A stretch of DNA of 64,000 nt, taken from assembly GCA_051362555.1 (NCBI GenBank), contig CM120642.1:7812001-7876000 (forward strand). Direction: 5' to 3'. This document shows positions 11,451 through 23,200 of the stretch, piece after piece. This DNA is from Lingula anatina (Eukaryota; Animalia; Brachiopoda). How positions within the stretch are numbered: the first letter of the stretch is position 1; every line of letters begins with the position of its first letter. The position numbers and the translations under genes are program-made. The notes beneath the pieces were generated by a model, which was not told the origin of the DNA, made no database searches, and worked only from the letters and a program-made list of their open reading frames with translations.

Positions 11451-14400
11451 CTAACATGCTGTTGCTTGTAATGATCTTTTTTTTTTACATTGGGTGATAG
11501 GAGCACAGGAATAATCCAGCTGATTTGCTGGGTTTCCTAAGGCAAATATGTTCAATATAACGTTCCATGCAAGGCGATCGAGCGTGCAGGCCACAGTTGG
11601 AAGCGGGGCACGTTTTTCCCTTGATTTAGCATTATCCATGGACAGAAACTCCTCTCTCATGGAACTTTTGGCTTCGCTTCTAGTTTTCCTAGACAGCACC
11701 GCCTTCAACCGGGAACCTTGGTCTCCCTCAGAAGTTTCAGGTGGGTTGGACACTGCAAAAAGAAAAAAAAGATAGAAGGCACAGAAGTGAGAATAATTTG
11801 TTCAATGAGTCCTAGTGATTGAAAACATGTGACGAATACGCTCTACCGGTGGATGTTAGATATGACCAACAGGTGGGCATTTGTGGCCATTTCTCTATCC
11901 CATCACGTTATATATATATATATATATATAACTTTTCGTGGTCTGAGTTTGGAAAGACACTGCTTGGACCGAAAAGGACTATTTTGTTAAGGAGTACTTA
12001 TTATGTTATTGATATAAAAACATTTAAAAAGTTAATCCGTTGTCTGTAATACTACATTAAATACTCGTAAATATGAAGAGTTGGCGACCTGGTCAGGCCC
12101 ATTCTGAGATCCAAAGTACACGTAAGGCATTTTCCCTCACTTCTTATGACTTTATATATTTTATGTATCTACTCTCAAGGTCAATTTAGTCAACATTTGG
12201 CCACACAAGGATCTTTGTAAGGGGGGACCAAAAGCCCTTTCACTACTGGTTAAGATAAGAAGCCTCATCAAGAGGCATATGTAACTGATAAAGTCTGTGA
12301 CGGTTCACTTTTGGAGGTCCTAATAGGTAATCGCGCGACAGAGGGTTATACTCGAGCTCTCAACAAGTCCGCAACCTGCTGCGTAGCCGCTTAGGTGACT
12401 GTGGGTTTCGCCAGGCAGGCCATAAATGTGTTATTCTCGCAATGTGAACCAGTACAGTGTGTCGCTTAAGTATAGGCCTAACGCTCGATATGAAGAGGAC
12501 CTGATTGAACGCCGGTGTTGTCACTCCTACCTTCTCGTTTTCGTCTCCCAGGTGGCGGCACCAGACCAGGTGTTATCGACAACGCCCCAGTTCCCACCAG
12601 GTTGCACGAGTCTTCTACGCATGCCCATTGAGGTACTTGGAAATTGTATTCCACCGTTAGCTGACACAACAACAGCACGATAGGCTGAAATTGGAACATA
12701 GGCAAGTAGGTAAAATATATGCTGATCAAGAAACATGGGCAAAGCAGATGGAATGAGCTGATAATGAATAAAAGAAAGACAATAAATTGCAGTAAAGTAG
12801 TTGAAATGCATTGATAACTAGAATAGCACTCAGAGAGAGCAGTCCTCTGCCAAGACAAATGATAAACTTATAATTAAGCATTGATTAATTAAAGGTCATC
12901 ATGTTTGACCTATCCTGAAAATTTCCTCAAAATCCGCCCATAACCTTTTGCATTATGATGCTAACAGCCAGTCAAGCTAACAAACTAATGGAACCAAAAG
13001 ATAACCTCCTTGACGGAGATAATGAACTGTCTGGTAGGGCTCATTCCTAAAGAAACTATCGGTCTACGTAGATCTATGCAATTCTGCGGGGAGTCTCGCT
13101 GTATGCAATCAGTTTAACATATAAACACGCCCCTCTTGATTCCAACAGCTTTTCTGTATTCTACTCAACGTCCGGAGGTGTGTAAATGTCTTAATCTGAT
13201 TGCATTCAACGAGAGTCCCAGGGAGTTGGATCGATCTACGTAGACCTATTGTTTCATTGGCAATGGGCCCTTAGCGTACTAATGTGAGGAGATGCTGTAG
13301 TTTTACCAGCGGTCATCTTTTCGCTCTTCCTGTTAGATAAAATATTCTCTTACAGGGCATTTACTTTACATCATTTTATAAGAACTCGTGTTTCAAAAAT
13401 AAATTGAAATATTCATATCCAGTACGTTACAATTTTCATCACTTAACTCAACATGTAGGCCTACATACGTAATTTGAATTATGTCTCCCAAAGAGGAATG
13501 TGATGCTCGTGCTGCTTGCATGAAAAGGTACAAAGATTCCGTGTAAAATTTAACAAATGATTAACTGCTCATCTACAACTAGTGTATGTGTGTGTGTGAA
13601 AGTCTTGGTATCTTCATACACATACCGTAAAAAATTCAACGAAAATCTGCGGCAATCCTAGACTGTTTAAACCAATGCAATCAAAGGTCTTCGTGTTGCA
13701 GTCTTGGTCATTTTGGCAGGATGATCCTTGAACTACAATGATATGCACACCTTAAACATCGTGTAATCAATTAACTTCGTGAAACTTCAAATATGTTAGA
13801 AAAAGTTAACATTAAATGTTGTTTTATCATAAGCAATCAAGAGAAGCAGTGACATCACGGAGAAAAAACACGGAGTATACTGCTAGAAGATGTGCCGCTC
13901 TGTAAACGTTTCTGAGTTTTTTTTTAACGTTTTAAGTTCACATAAAAATGTTATTAACTTTAAACACATTTTGCTTTATATTTATCTTGATGTATTATTT
14001 GTTGTTTGTATTTCCGGCACGCCCCCGCCATGCGCTATTGCACCCTGATTACATGCATGTATTAGATCACAAGATTAGATATATCTTGTCGAAATTAATT
14101 CAGTGCACGAAATGAGTATACGAAATTTTTGGCCCAGAAATGTCCTTCTGTAAAGTAGTTCACGCATCTTGGATGTCGGGGATGTGAGATGTGAGCTTCT
14201 CTCACATTTTGTGGCCGTTGTTTTTCTCTCGCCCACTTTTTTCTCCATTGTATGGAGGATGTATGTGTCACAATTAGTTTCATGCTGTTTTGATCATCCC
14301 CCATAACTTTATATTTAATATATTTTCGTCATTTGAATAAATGAAAGATTTCAGTCATGTGCACTTAGTATTATTTACTTTTGAGCAGAAAACAGCTCTG

Positions 14401-14717
14401 CTGAGCTTGTGAACATTTGCCTACATGAATTCAACACCATGAAACTACAGAGAAGACAAAATGACCTGCACAAATTCACTAAAAGACACAAAATGCGCGC
14501 TAGACCTAAACATAGCAAAAAATATCCTGGAAAATAAAACTGTTTTTAAAAAACTTTTCATATATAGGTATACCATATTTGAAACTGTTAACGAACTTAC
14601 GATCTGCATACAACCCAAGTTTAAAATTTCTGCATGTTTGGTCACTCTCGTAAAGAAGATAAAACCTGGTGACTTTTTGCACGTAAAGGTATAAACAGCA
14701 TATTAGACCCCCCCCCC

Positions 14718-14758
<41 letters not shown>

Positions 14759-14959
14759 TACTGTTCTGGCACGTTCCATTCGGCAAGGGTACAGTGGTCA
14801 GCGGGCAGAGACACGCCTGAGGGGAGCCGACTATAAACGTGAACAGCAGCGGATTCCGTACACAGCGTGTGTTATCGCCACAAGCCAGTGGTGGAGTTCC
14901 GATCGCTTCTGTACTCGAACAAGCACTGAAAAGGCTTGTACTGTTATCGTTTGTATACC
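11451..14959 (-). CDS. Unrecognised cysteine-rich protein with proprotein-convertase-like sites (at least ~253 aa, first exon unresolved); exons 14959-14762, 13732-13626, 12684-12531, 11752-11451
   Basis: Four GC-richer blocks with polypyrimidine-AG acceptors and GT donors join in frame (phases 1-1, 1-0, 0-1, 1-stop): YTNDNSTSLFSACSSTEAIGTPPLACGDNTRCVRNPLLFTFIVGSPQACLCPLTTVPLPNGTCQN|IQGSSCQNDQDCNTKTFDCIGLNSLGLPQIFVEFFT|PIVLLLCQLTVEYNFQVPQWACVEDSCNLVGTGALSITPGLVPPPGRRKRE|VSNPPETSE...SREKRAPLPTVACTLDRLAWNVILNIFALGNPANQLDYSCAPITQCKKKRSLQATAC. Confidence 0.65.
12815..13023 (+). mobile_element. Short non-autonomous element, Helentron/HINE-like, copy 2 (more diverged)
   Basis: AACTAGAATAGCACTCAGAGAG...CCTGAAAATTTC...CCATAAC...ATAACCTCCTTGACGGAGATAAT aligns by eye with 6497-6750. 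Confidence 0.7.
13037..13270. mobile_element. Palindromic MITE, possibly PIF/Harbinger-type, copy 1
   Basis: Long imperfect inverted arms (GGGCTCATT...GGTCTACGTAGATC...TGCAATCAG and CTGATTGCA...GATCTACGTAGACC...AATGGGCCC) followed by TTA. A related copy lies at 16525. Confidence 0.7.
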
Positions 14960-16524
14960 CTGAAAATATAGGATACTCCTCTGTATGAATTGGCTTCCAT
15001 GGCTTTCACTTATCTCCACAGAAAGTGCTTTTTGGTGTTGCATTTGATATCACATGCTTAGCTTTGAAAAATACTACTACACGGTTTAACGAACCCACCC
15101 AGCATAGAATTGCATACTGTTTAAAATTGCTAGAAATTGTGAAGGTAAATCATTTATTTAAGTTTATAATTTTAAGAGACAATACAGAATTGTTCTAGTC
15201 TCCATGTTTCCTGTAGATGGACATATCTATGTATAATAAAGGAAAGTCAAAGTGAGTATACCTATAAGTGGCGGGATGACGGACATGGCTCACTTTAAAA
15301 TGCTGGTCTGAAACAAAGAATAACACTTACAGATGAAGAAAGATGTATACCCCATGTTACACAATAGAAGCCTCTGTCAACAAAGGAAACATGGATAAGA
15401 ACTTTTGATTTGAGAAAAAAACTTAGATGCAGTGCGTGAAAAGTAATGAATCGTAAAATTATATTGTTTGTCTTCTAAGAGACACCGAGGCCAGCTGAGA
15501 AATGACGTTAATTCTACGCAAAACTTCTCGCTGGACATGTACACTGCAATGCCATCTATTTCTAACCGGGAGTAAATAATTTGGCTTGGCGCCGTTAGAA
15601 ACTCAGCGTAGCGCTTGGGTGGTAAACGCTCTTTACATTCTGTGTTTCTTTGCATGATTGTCTGGCAAACGTCACGTTTGGAGGAATTTCCCAAAACTGC
15701 ACAGGCGATATTGCATTGTTATGCAAGCGATTACTGCCAGAAAAAAATAGTTAAAACTATTAATAGCCTACTTCTTGGAGAAGGGGGGTCGTCAAATGCC
15801 AGTGCCATATTAATTTTGTAAAATGTGATCATAAATTTTACTCGCATATCATCGCCGGCTTACAGTACAGAGTGTTTAGAATTATCTAATTAGTTATATT
15901 AGGAATATATAAAGTGAAAAAATCAGCCTGTGACCAGGTAGAGAGCATCTTGTATTTACCTGTGAGTACTTGTGCTTGCGAGTAATCGGATGGAGTAGAG
16001 TGTCTCCTGTCACTTCAAGCTCCTGAACGTCTACTGTAGTCGTCCATTACAGTCATGCGATCACTTACCTAGAAGATCAAATCAATGCTCCTCTCTCGGC
16101 CGGTAAATTTAAAGCCGCTTCCGTTTATTTGATTGGATACGGCGTATTCATTAACAGTAATTTTGCAAGGAACATACCTCAACCTCTTAACGGTGCATGT
16201 ATGCATGCAGATGATAATGACTATGTTGGTGAGTTTCATAGTCAAGATATCATGCCGGGTTCTTGCTAATTACGTTAATTATATTGCAGAGAATGTCTTT
16301 AACTACCGTTTATCTCTAAAATACTAAATGTCGTGTAGAAAATTATCATACAGTAAGCCTAATATGTGTACAGATAAACGACGCATCCTTATCGTTAAAC
16401 ACAGAACTTTATTGTTTGACCATAGTAGTGCTAGTAATAAACTGCGACCATCAAGTGACTTTGGCTGCGGTATTCTAATCAAAGCATTACATCTGCGTTT
16501 TATCGAGAGAAGTACTTGTCTTAA

Positions 16525-16780
16525 GGTGCATTCACAATGCAGCTATTGCACGAGGTAGATCGATCAAACTCCGAGGGTACCTTAGCCGAATGTAGTCAGA
16601 TTAACTAATTCACACGCCTCTTCTTTTTTACAACGTGCGCGTGTAATTAACAGCTTTTCTGTTTTCTATATACTTAGCGCCAGGGAGGAATGCTAAACTT
16701 TTAATCTGATGCATTCGGTGAGAGTCCCCGCGGAGTTGGATTGATCTACCTAGTACGATGGTATCATTGTGAACGCACCC
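16525..16780. mobile_element. Palindromic MITE, possibly PIF/Harbinger-type, copy 2
   Basis: TAA-GGTGCATTCACAATG...AGGTAGATCGATC and GATTGATCTACCT...CATTGTGAACGCACCC-TTA. It shares the internal AACAGCTTTTCTG core with 13037-13270. Confidence 0.7.
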
Positions 16781-17807
16781 TTATTCTTAAGCATTCGCCT
16801 GTCATTAAAAATAAAATATTACTGTAAAAAATGAAGAGGAAATAGAAAACGGTAAACAGATTTTAATAACGGCCAGATTTGACCATTAAAATGCACGCTT
16901 TACCTGAAGCACCATTAAGATCAGCTTAACACAGGTATTTACAAATAATTTTATACTTCAGCAGCAGAGCTGGGTAACGTAAAAGTAAAGAATGCACGAT
17001 ATAAACGTAGGCTTCAAAATATATGTGGGTGTCTGCGACGCAGACATAGTTTCCAGGACAAAATTCATCTCTTAACTTCGGTTCAGAACCGAGCCTTGAA
17101 ATTACTGTATGTCTTACGAAAATATCCCCTAGAAATCAATTCGATCATAATGAATTCTTGTCTTTAAGCAATTACAGACAATACGGATATTTTAATGTTT
17201 TAAAGATACACCTACGTATCTCTATTCCACTATTATACTTTGAAAGCACGTGCGTCGAACACTGAAGTAATTGTTTAAGTATATTAATCAGCGTATATTT
17301 ATTTTTAAAGTGCGGTGTAACAAGTCCTAAACAAGTGTGATTTAGGTGTTACAAATAGTTTTTTTTTTTGCGTGTAACTAATTTGTTGCCAACATACGAT
17401 TCAAATACCTTTAACTATTGACCTGAGGTCTATACGTCTGAATAGGTACATGTGATACCTCCAAACTTTTAAGAGCGATATTTCATAGTGCTTGTTTACC
17501 AAATCCAACACAATCTACACGCTTTGTACCTCTATAGGGTTTGTGCATGTGTATTAAATCAAGTGTGATGCAGGCACGGTATGTCAGTTCAAATGTGCAA
17601 TTGGTTTGATTAAAAATCACAAACTGTGCCTGCCACTGATCCTGACGCAGAGAAAAACCAGTGTGAGGTCATATATTGTTCCCATGGCAGTTCACGTGTC
17701 AGTTGTAAGTCTGAACTAAAGGAAATGCCAGTGAAGTCTTCCCAGGCAATGGCTATGCATTGCTAGTGAGCCAAGTGAACCAGTTCGTCTTCCGAGCCAA
17801 ACTTTGG

Positions 17808-20293
17808 TTAAATGTACACAATCCAGTCAGCCGTGTAACCGAATCCTGTGGCACCGTGTATTTCTGTCACCTCATTAAACTGTTCCTTTGTATACCGGAT
17901 GCTACTTTGCCATCCGGGGACAATACCCTGTCCAAATGCTATAGTGGATGTCGTTGTATTCCATTTTAACCAGAAGGCATAATATTTTCTTGAACCTATC
18001 AGGTCTCGAAATTGATACCCATAATTAATAACAGGATCGTCGAACATGCTTGGAATTTTCAATAAAATGGCTGGATTGGTAATATTTAATCCATAAACAT
18101 ACATACAACAGGTAATGACGAATGTGAAAGCACTTCTTCCACGCTCTTTGATTATGATGTAAACCTCATCGCCTGAAAATTAAGGCAGAATTCAATTTAA
18201 TAAATATAAATGCTAATCAAAAATCGGCCATTATACCACTATGTTGTGCCCTTTGAAAGCAGAAAGAATACTTACTTAACTGTACCGTACCTTTCACGTC
18301 AAAACGAACGCGGTCCCGCCTGGAGAAATCAGAGATGGGGAACTTGATAGAATAATTGATGTTATCCGGTGTGGAAAAGTTGAATGTAAATTTGGAATTA
18401 CCTAGAAAGGTAAGTACATCAAAACATCAGACTTCACAAAGAAAATGAAGGGAATTCCAAGCAAGAAAATCATTTAAGAAATAAAAGTCTCTGGGAAAGT
18501 CTTACCACAAAACATCCGAGACTGGCACTGGCAATGTTACTCTAAAAACAGAATACATCTAAACAAGACATGGCAAGCAAGAGAATCCCGTTGATCGAAA
18601 CGTATTATTAATGCCCTTGTTATATGGAAAATTATTGTGATAGATAACGCCAGAAAACGTACATGCCACTTACCAATGTTTACTTCAGTCGATTTACTGA
18701 TGAGTTCTGAAAGGAAACACGGATAGATGATATATTAATGTAACATTTTCTGTTTATATATATTTCAAAATAACTTGTCGGCACCTATTGCTGATGACAA
18801 GAGGCACTGTGAGTGATTTCCTTCCATGGAAATCCTAGTAACTCTTACTTAAATAGATGTATTATTTAAGGCATACTAAAATATACTAGCCAAATAAAGA
18901 AACGCAAGTATATGTTTTCACCACAGAGCTTCAAAACGACCAAATATGCGTATGTGAGTATGGCCACTGTATTCAGTGACAGATCACCATCTGAGACCTA
19001 TAGCAGAGGACTGATACGCTTGTGTGACATTAGACAATGGCTAGCTTAGATTTTCAGACGTCTCATTTGAAAACAAATTGGCACAAGGTCTTGCATTATT
19101 TTGTTGTCCACCATCAATGCTATATGACACTGGCATCATAATCCGAGTTAGAAGACTTAATTACAAGTTAACATCATGCCGCGGCCATCTGATCTGGACA
19201 AGTTTCGTACCATTGGCCATTGCTTTTGGTACAGTTTTATGATTTTGGCGGTCACAAGTGGCAATTTCCAGACTGGAATTGTGGTGATTGTGTCATGAAA
19301 GCATCAACACCCAACCCTACTTTTGCTCCAGCAGGACAACGCCCGTTGTATATATTCCATTTTGTGGTTTAGGGCACTATCTTCTACTAGTACTAACCTG
19401 ACATCACAATTGAAGTTATTCCACCAGTAATTAAAAGAAGTCCCAAGGCTACCATTGTCTTCAGTTTTGTAGTTTGTTTACCAGGCGTTCCACTGACTTC
19501 ACTCCTTTGGTCTTAAACGAACAAATAATAATAATAATAACAATAATAATAATAATTATTATTATTATTATATCAGAACATACGTGTAAAGTAGTGCGCA
19601 TGTTGAAACAAGTATATCTATTCTTCCAATAATAATAATAATAATAATAATAAGTTTCTTATTTGGCCCTTTATATACTACCTCAAGGCGCCTTACAATG
19701 AAAATATAAGTAACATCACTAAAATCACTACAATGTTTTAATCTAAAACACTCATCGGAACCATTTAAACTTAACACTACTAAAAACTCAATCTTATTAA
19801 AACTATATAAAAAATTAAGAGCAATAGACAGATTTAAAAATGTGGGTCTTTAGAAGGTACGGATTATGTAACAAGCAATGAATGGCACTAAAAATGTACA
19901 TTCATCACAAAAAAAGTCCAACACAAGTTCAAACGGGAATCTCCATCTAGCTGTTGATAGTAAATAAGCTCGAAAATTGCTTATCAGCAAAGCAGTTTGT
20001 TGGTACAATTTATAAAATGAGGACACTTAACTACGAATCGTTTTACACAATACACAGGTGTTTCAGAAGGCGCTTTGTATTTTCCATCTGGTCCAACTAT
20101 TAAACCAAAGACTGCACATTATGCACTTCTTAACAATTATATTGTTGCGTCCATTTTACTAATGTGTGTATTTTTTTAACTTACCGTTTTTATTGAAAGT
20201 GCCAGGAATAGTATCATATATAGCGTACCTATTTTGGCCATCATCGTATTTCATATCATATCCCACGGGATTAGCCCCTCCAGTGGAACTCAT
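17808..20293 (-). CDS. Family gene G4: predicted type II membrane protein (~243 aa) with Methyltransf_FA-like ectodomain; exons 20293-20185, 19511-19398, 18706-18674, 18401-18291, 18172-17808
   Basis: GT-AG phase 1 junctions, 732 nt open frame: MSSTGGANPVGYDMKYDDGQNRYAIYDTIPGTFNKN|DQRSEVSGTPGKQTTKLKTMVALGLLLITGGITSIVMS|ELISKSTEVNI|GNSKFTFNFSTPDNINYSIKFP...|...ATGFGYTADWIVYI. Confidence 0.85.
18930..19350 (+). repeat. Dispersed repeat (probable Tc1 remnant) in G4 intron 2
   Basis: Homologous to 2835-3035. It is followed by a degenerate transposase-like start (MPRPSDLDKFRTIG) and a CAGCAGGACAACGCCCG (QQDNAR-like) fragment. Confidence 0.55.
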
Positions 20294-23200
20294 CTTGGGT
20301 ATGCAGAGATGTGATTGAAATATAAAAATCTTCCTGGCAATTCTGATCCCCACTTGGACAGACAGTCACATCCAGACAATGACGCAACTGCGCTGTATAG
20401 GTAGGCATGGGATGATATAATACATACCAAAACATGAAGCTGATTGGATCAATAAATACTTGTAGGTAGTCACAAGAGTGCTCGATTTTTATTTTATACC
20501 CAACACGATGTATGCATCACTCATGTTTGTCAATGTAATGATTTACATGAGGGCATATTTACTTTATACACCATATGGGTATTTCTGTGGTCCATTGTGC
20601 GTTTATAAAACGCTTGTATGACACTCATTCTTTGCTAGTGGTGCACTGCAGGGGGGCCATAACAAGAATGTTATTTAAATTTAGATAGCCAACCAAATTC
20701 TCATGACATCGTTGTGTATGTTTCAATAACAAATCAAAGAAGCTGCATGAGCAAGGAGGATGTTGTTATAAAAGCAAAAAAATAGAAAAAGCAGAAAATA
20801 TATCGAAATAACCCTCAAAATGGCGTCCTTTTTTGTGGAATTTTGACCCTACCTCTATTTAAGAACAGTTTGTTTAGGGTTTGAATGGATTATTGAAGCA
20901 GGAAATACATCTACTGCAAGAAGATATAATAAACAGAATGTGCAAATTGTTATTTAAATAAAAATTTATTTGAAGTCACTGAAAAATGATCACAAAATTA
21001 GCTTAACTTACGATACATGCGGTGTCCCACCCCGATGAAAATTTCATCTAATCCTATCTTTCCGTATTAAAACTGTTCAATCGTCCAAAGTAGTATGTCG
21101 GTTAGTTTGTGTCACGAAATCCAAGATAATATCAGTTTTCTTAAGAATTTCACATTTATTGCTCAGCAAGGTCGATTTTTCTTCACCGCGTCCCAATATA
21201 ACGTTCGCAACGCTGAAACTTCAGAGATCGATTTTTATCAGACGACTTTAAAATGCCGCGTGAAAATTATACATCGATAGCGATCTTCTTCCATACTCAC
21301 TAACTGATGACGTCTTACACACGAATGGCTTCTTTTGCACACTAAAAAAACCAGCTCAAACTGGCGGGTGGCCCATTCTGATAACGCATAACGCAATGAC
21401 GCTGTCGAGATAGGATGCAGGGCACAGGTGTAATTCCCTCGATTTAACCGTCACAGGATTGTTTATTGGGATCTTCTTTGTATGAAGGTGAGAAATAATG
21501 AGTTTCGTTTCATTTTTCTTCAATTGTTTCAACATATTTGTGTACCGATTGATTTTTACCATTTTATAAGTAGGGTGACTTCGTCTGAACTTTCGTTTTG
21601 CGTCTGTTTCACATGGGGGACTAAAGGTCATATTGAACATGGTGACGCGGTGATACCGTATTCATGTTCTCTTGTTCTCGAAAACTCAATCATCGAAATT
21701 GAATTACTTTTTTTTAGTTTTGTCTTAAATTAAGCTGCTACACTGTATTCCGTGCGTTTAAAATTTAACCGTCTGTAAAAACAGCAATAATGGATTACTA
21801 GCAACACTTACGTTACGCAATGAAGCACCGAAAATGGGTGAAGAAAATGTGTCTCAGTAATGCGTGTTTGCCACTCATAATGCACTGTACTTTGTTTGAA
21901 TAAGCAATAAACTATTTGTGATCTTAGGTTATCCATTGTTCGTTATCAGAGTTAACAGATTCTTTGTGTGATTTTTTTTCAGAATCCCAAGAGTGGATGC
22001 CTTAGTGAGCACAGAACAGATATCACCATTGGTCTACATATGTCAGGAAGAATGTTATAATTATGAACTTTGTGTTACACTGAACTTCATTTTGTTAAAT
22101 TTTGTATTTAACTGAACTTTATTGTGTTAAAATAATAATAAAAAAGTAATAGTTCTGATAAAAAACTACAATCTGGAACATTCTTTAGATCAACTTTGTT
22201 CAGTGTGTGTCCCATATGACAGAGTTACAGTAAATAAAATATGTGAATTATTCCTCTGTGTTTGTCAATTCCATTTTAAAAGCATGTGAAAGTGGTGTGC
22301 CCCTCATGAATGAAGTGTGTATGGATAATAGCAAAAATATTGTTATTATTTACATGATTATAAAAAGTTTTCGACCCGCGTCAATAACGTTACCATGACC
22401 CACATATTCACCATTTTTATTAATTATGAAATGTGGATTAAATTCTTCAAAACCAGTTTTGAAGCATTGAGACAACACCCCCTTATGATTTAAACTAAAA
22501 CTGAAAACATTCCATTAGACTTTCATTAGTTTGTGCAAAATATATTACCCAGGGTAACGCGTCTTGGATTTGGTGGGTATAGCTGTTCAACTCTCCTGTG
22601 TGCCCTAAAAAGGGCAGCTGCTGTTTTCCTTTTTATGAAATGATAAACTGTGATGGTGTAGCTATCACATCGCAAAATTACAGCTTCCCAGAGAAAGTTT
22701 GAAATTTTCGGTCAAATTCAACATTTTGTAACCACTAGCAAAGAATGACAGATGATCTCTACAGTAAAAAATGCTTTCAATATACCGTACTATATAATAT
22801 TCTATGTACAAAAAAGAACAGCTCTTTTACAAAATAGCTGTTCTTTTTTTACTTTTGTGCAAATCAGAAAACGCTATTTTCCATGTGTGACATCATTTTG
22901 TTGTTGTTGTTTTTTCTTTTTGAAAAATGTTCTCCATATACACACACGAATTCGTATTTTAATAAAATAAAATGTAAGACTTTTCATGTGTTGTATGCTA
23001 CGTGTATACACGTGACCCAGTCTCTAAATGTCTAGGAGGCTCTGACTCTAGATTGTCTGGCGTCATATACATGCTGTTCATATAATCTGCTGTTATTCCT
23101 GTTTCAATGCTTTCAGCATCACGTTTCATATTGCGGTAGGGAAACTGATTTATCGAACATTTTTACGTATCATTCGTACTGTATATGCCATTGTTCTTGA

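Noticed and set aside
12320-12520. Possible tRNA-derived SINE or tRNA
   Set aside because: No cloverleaf or clear A/B boxes could be established by eye.
15190-16130. Candidate first exons for the cysteine-rich gene (MSVIPPLI..., MGYTSFFI..., donors near 15959 and 16068)
   Set aside because: None gives an unambiguous signal peptide joined in phase, so the 5' end is left unresolved.
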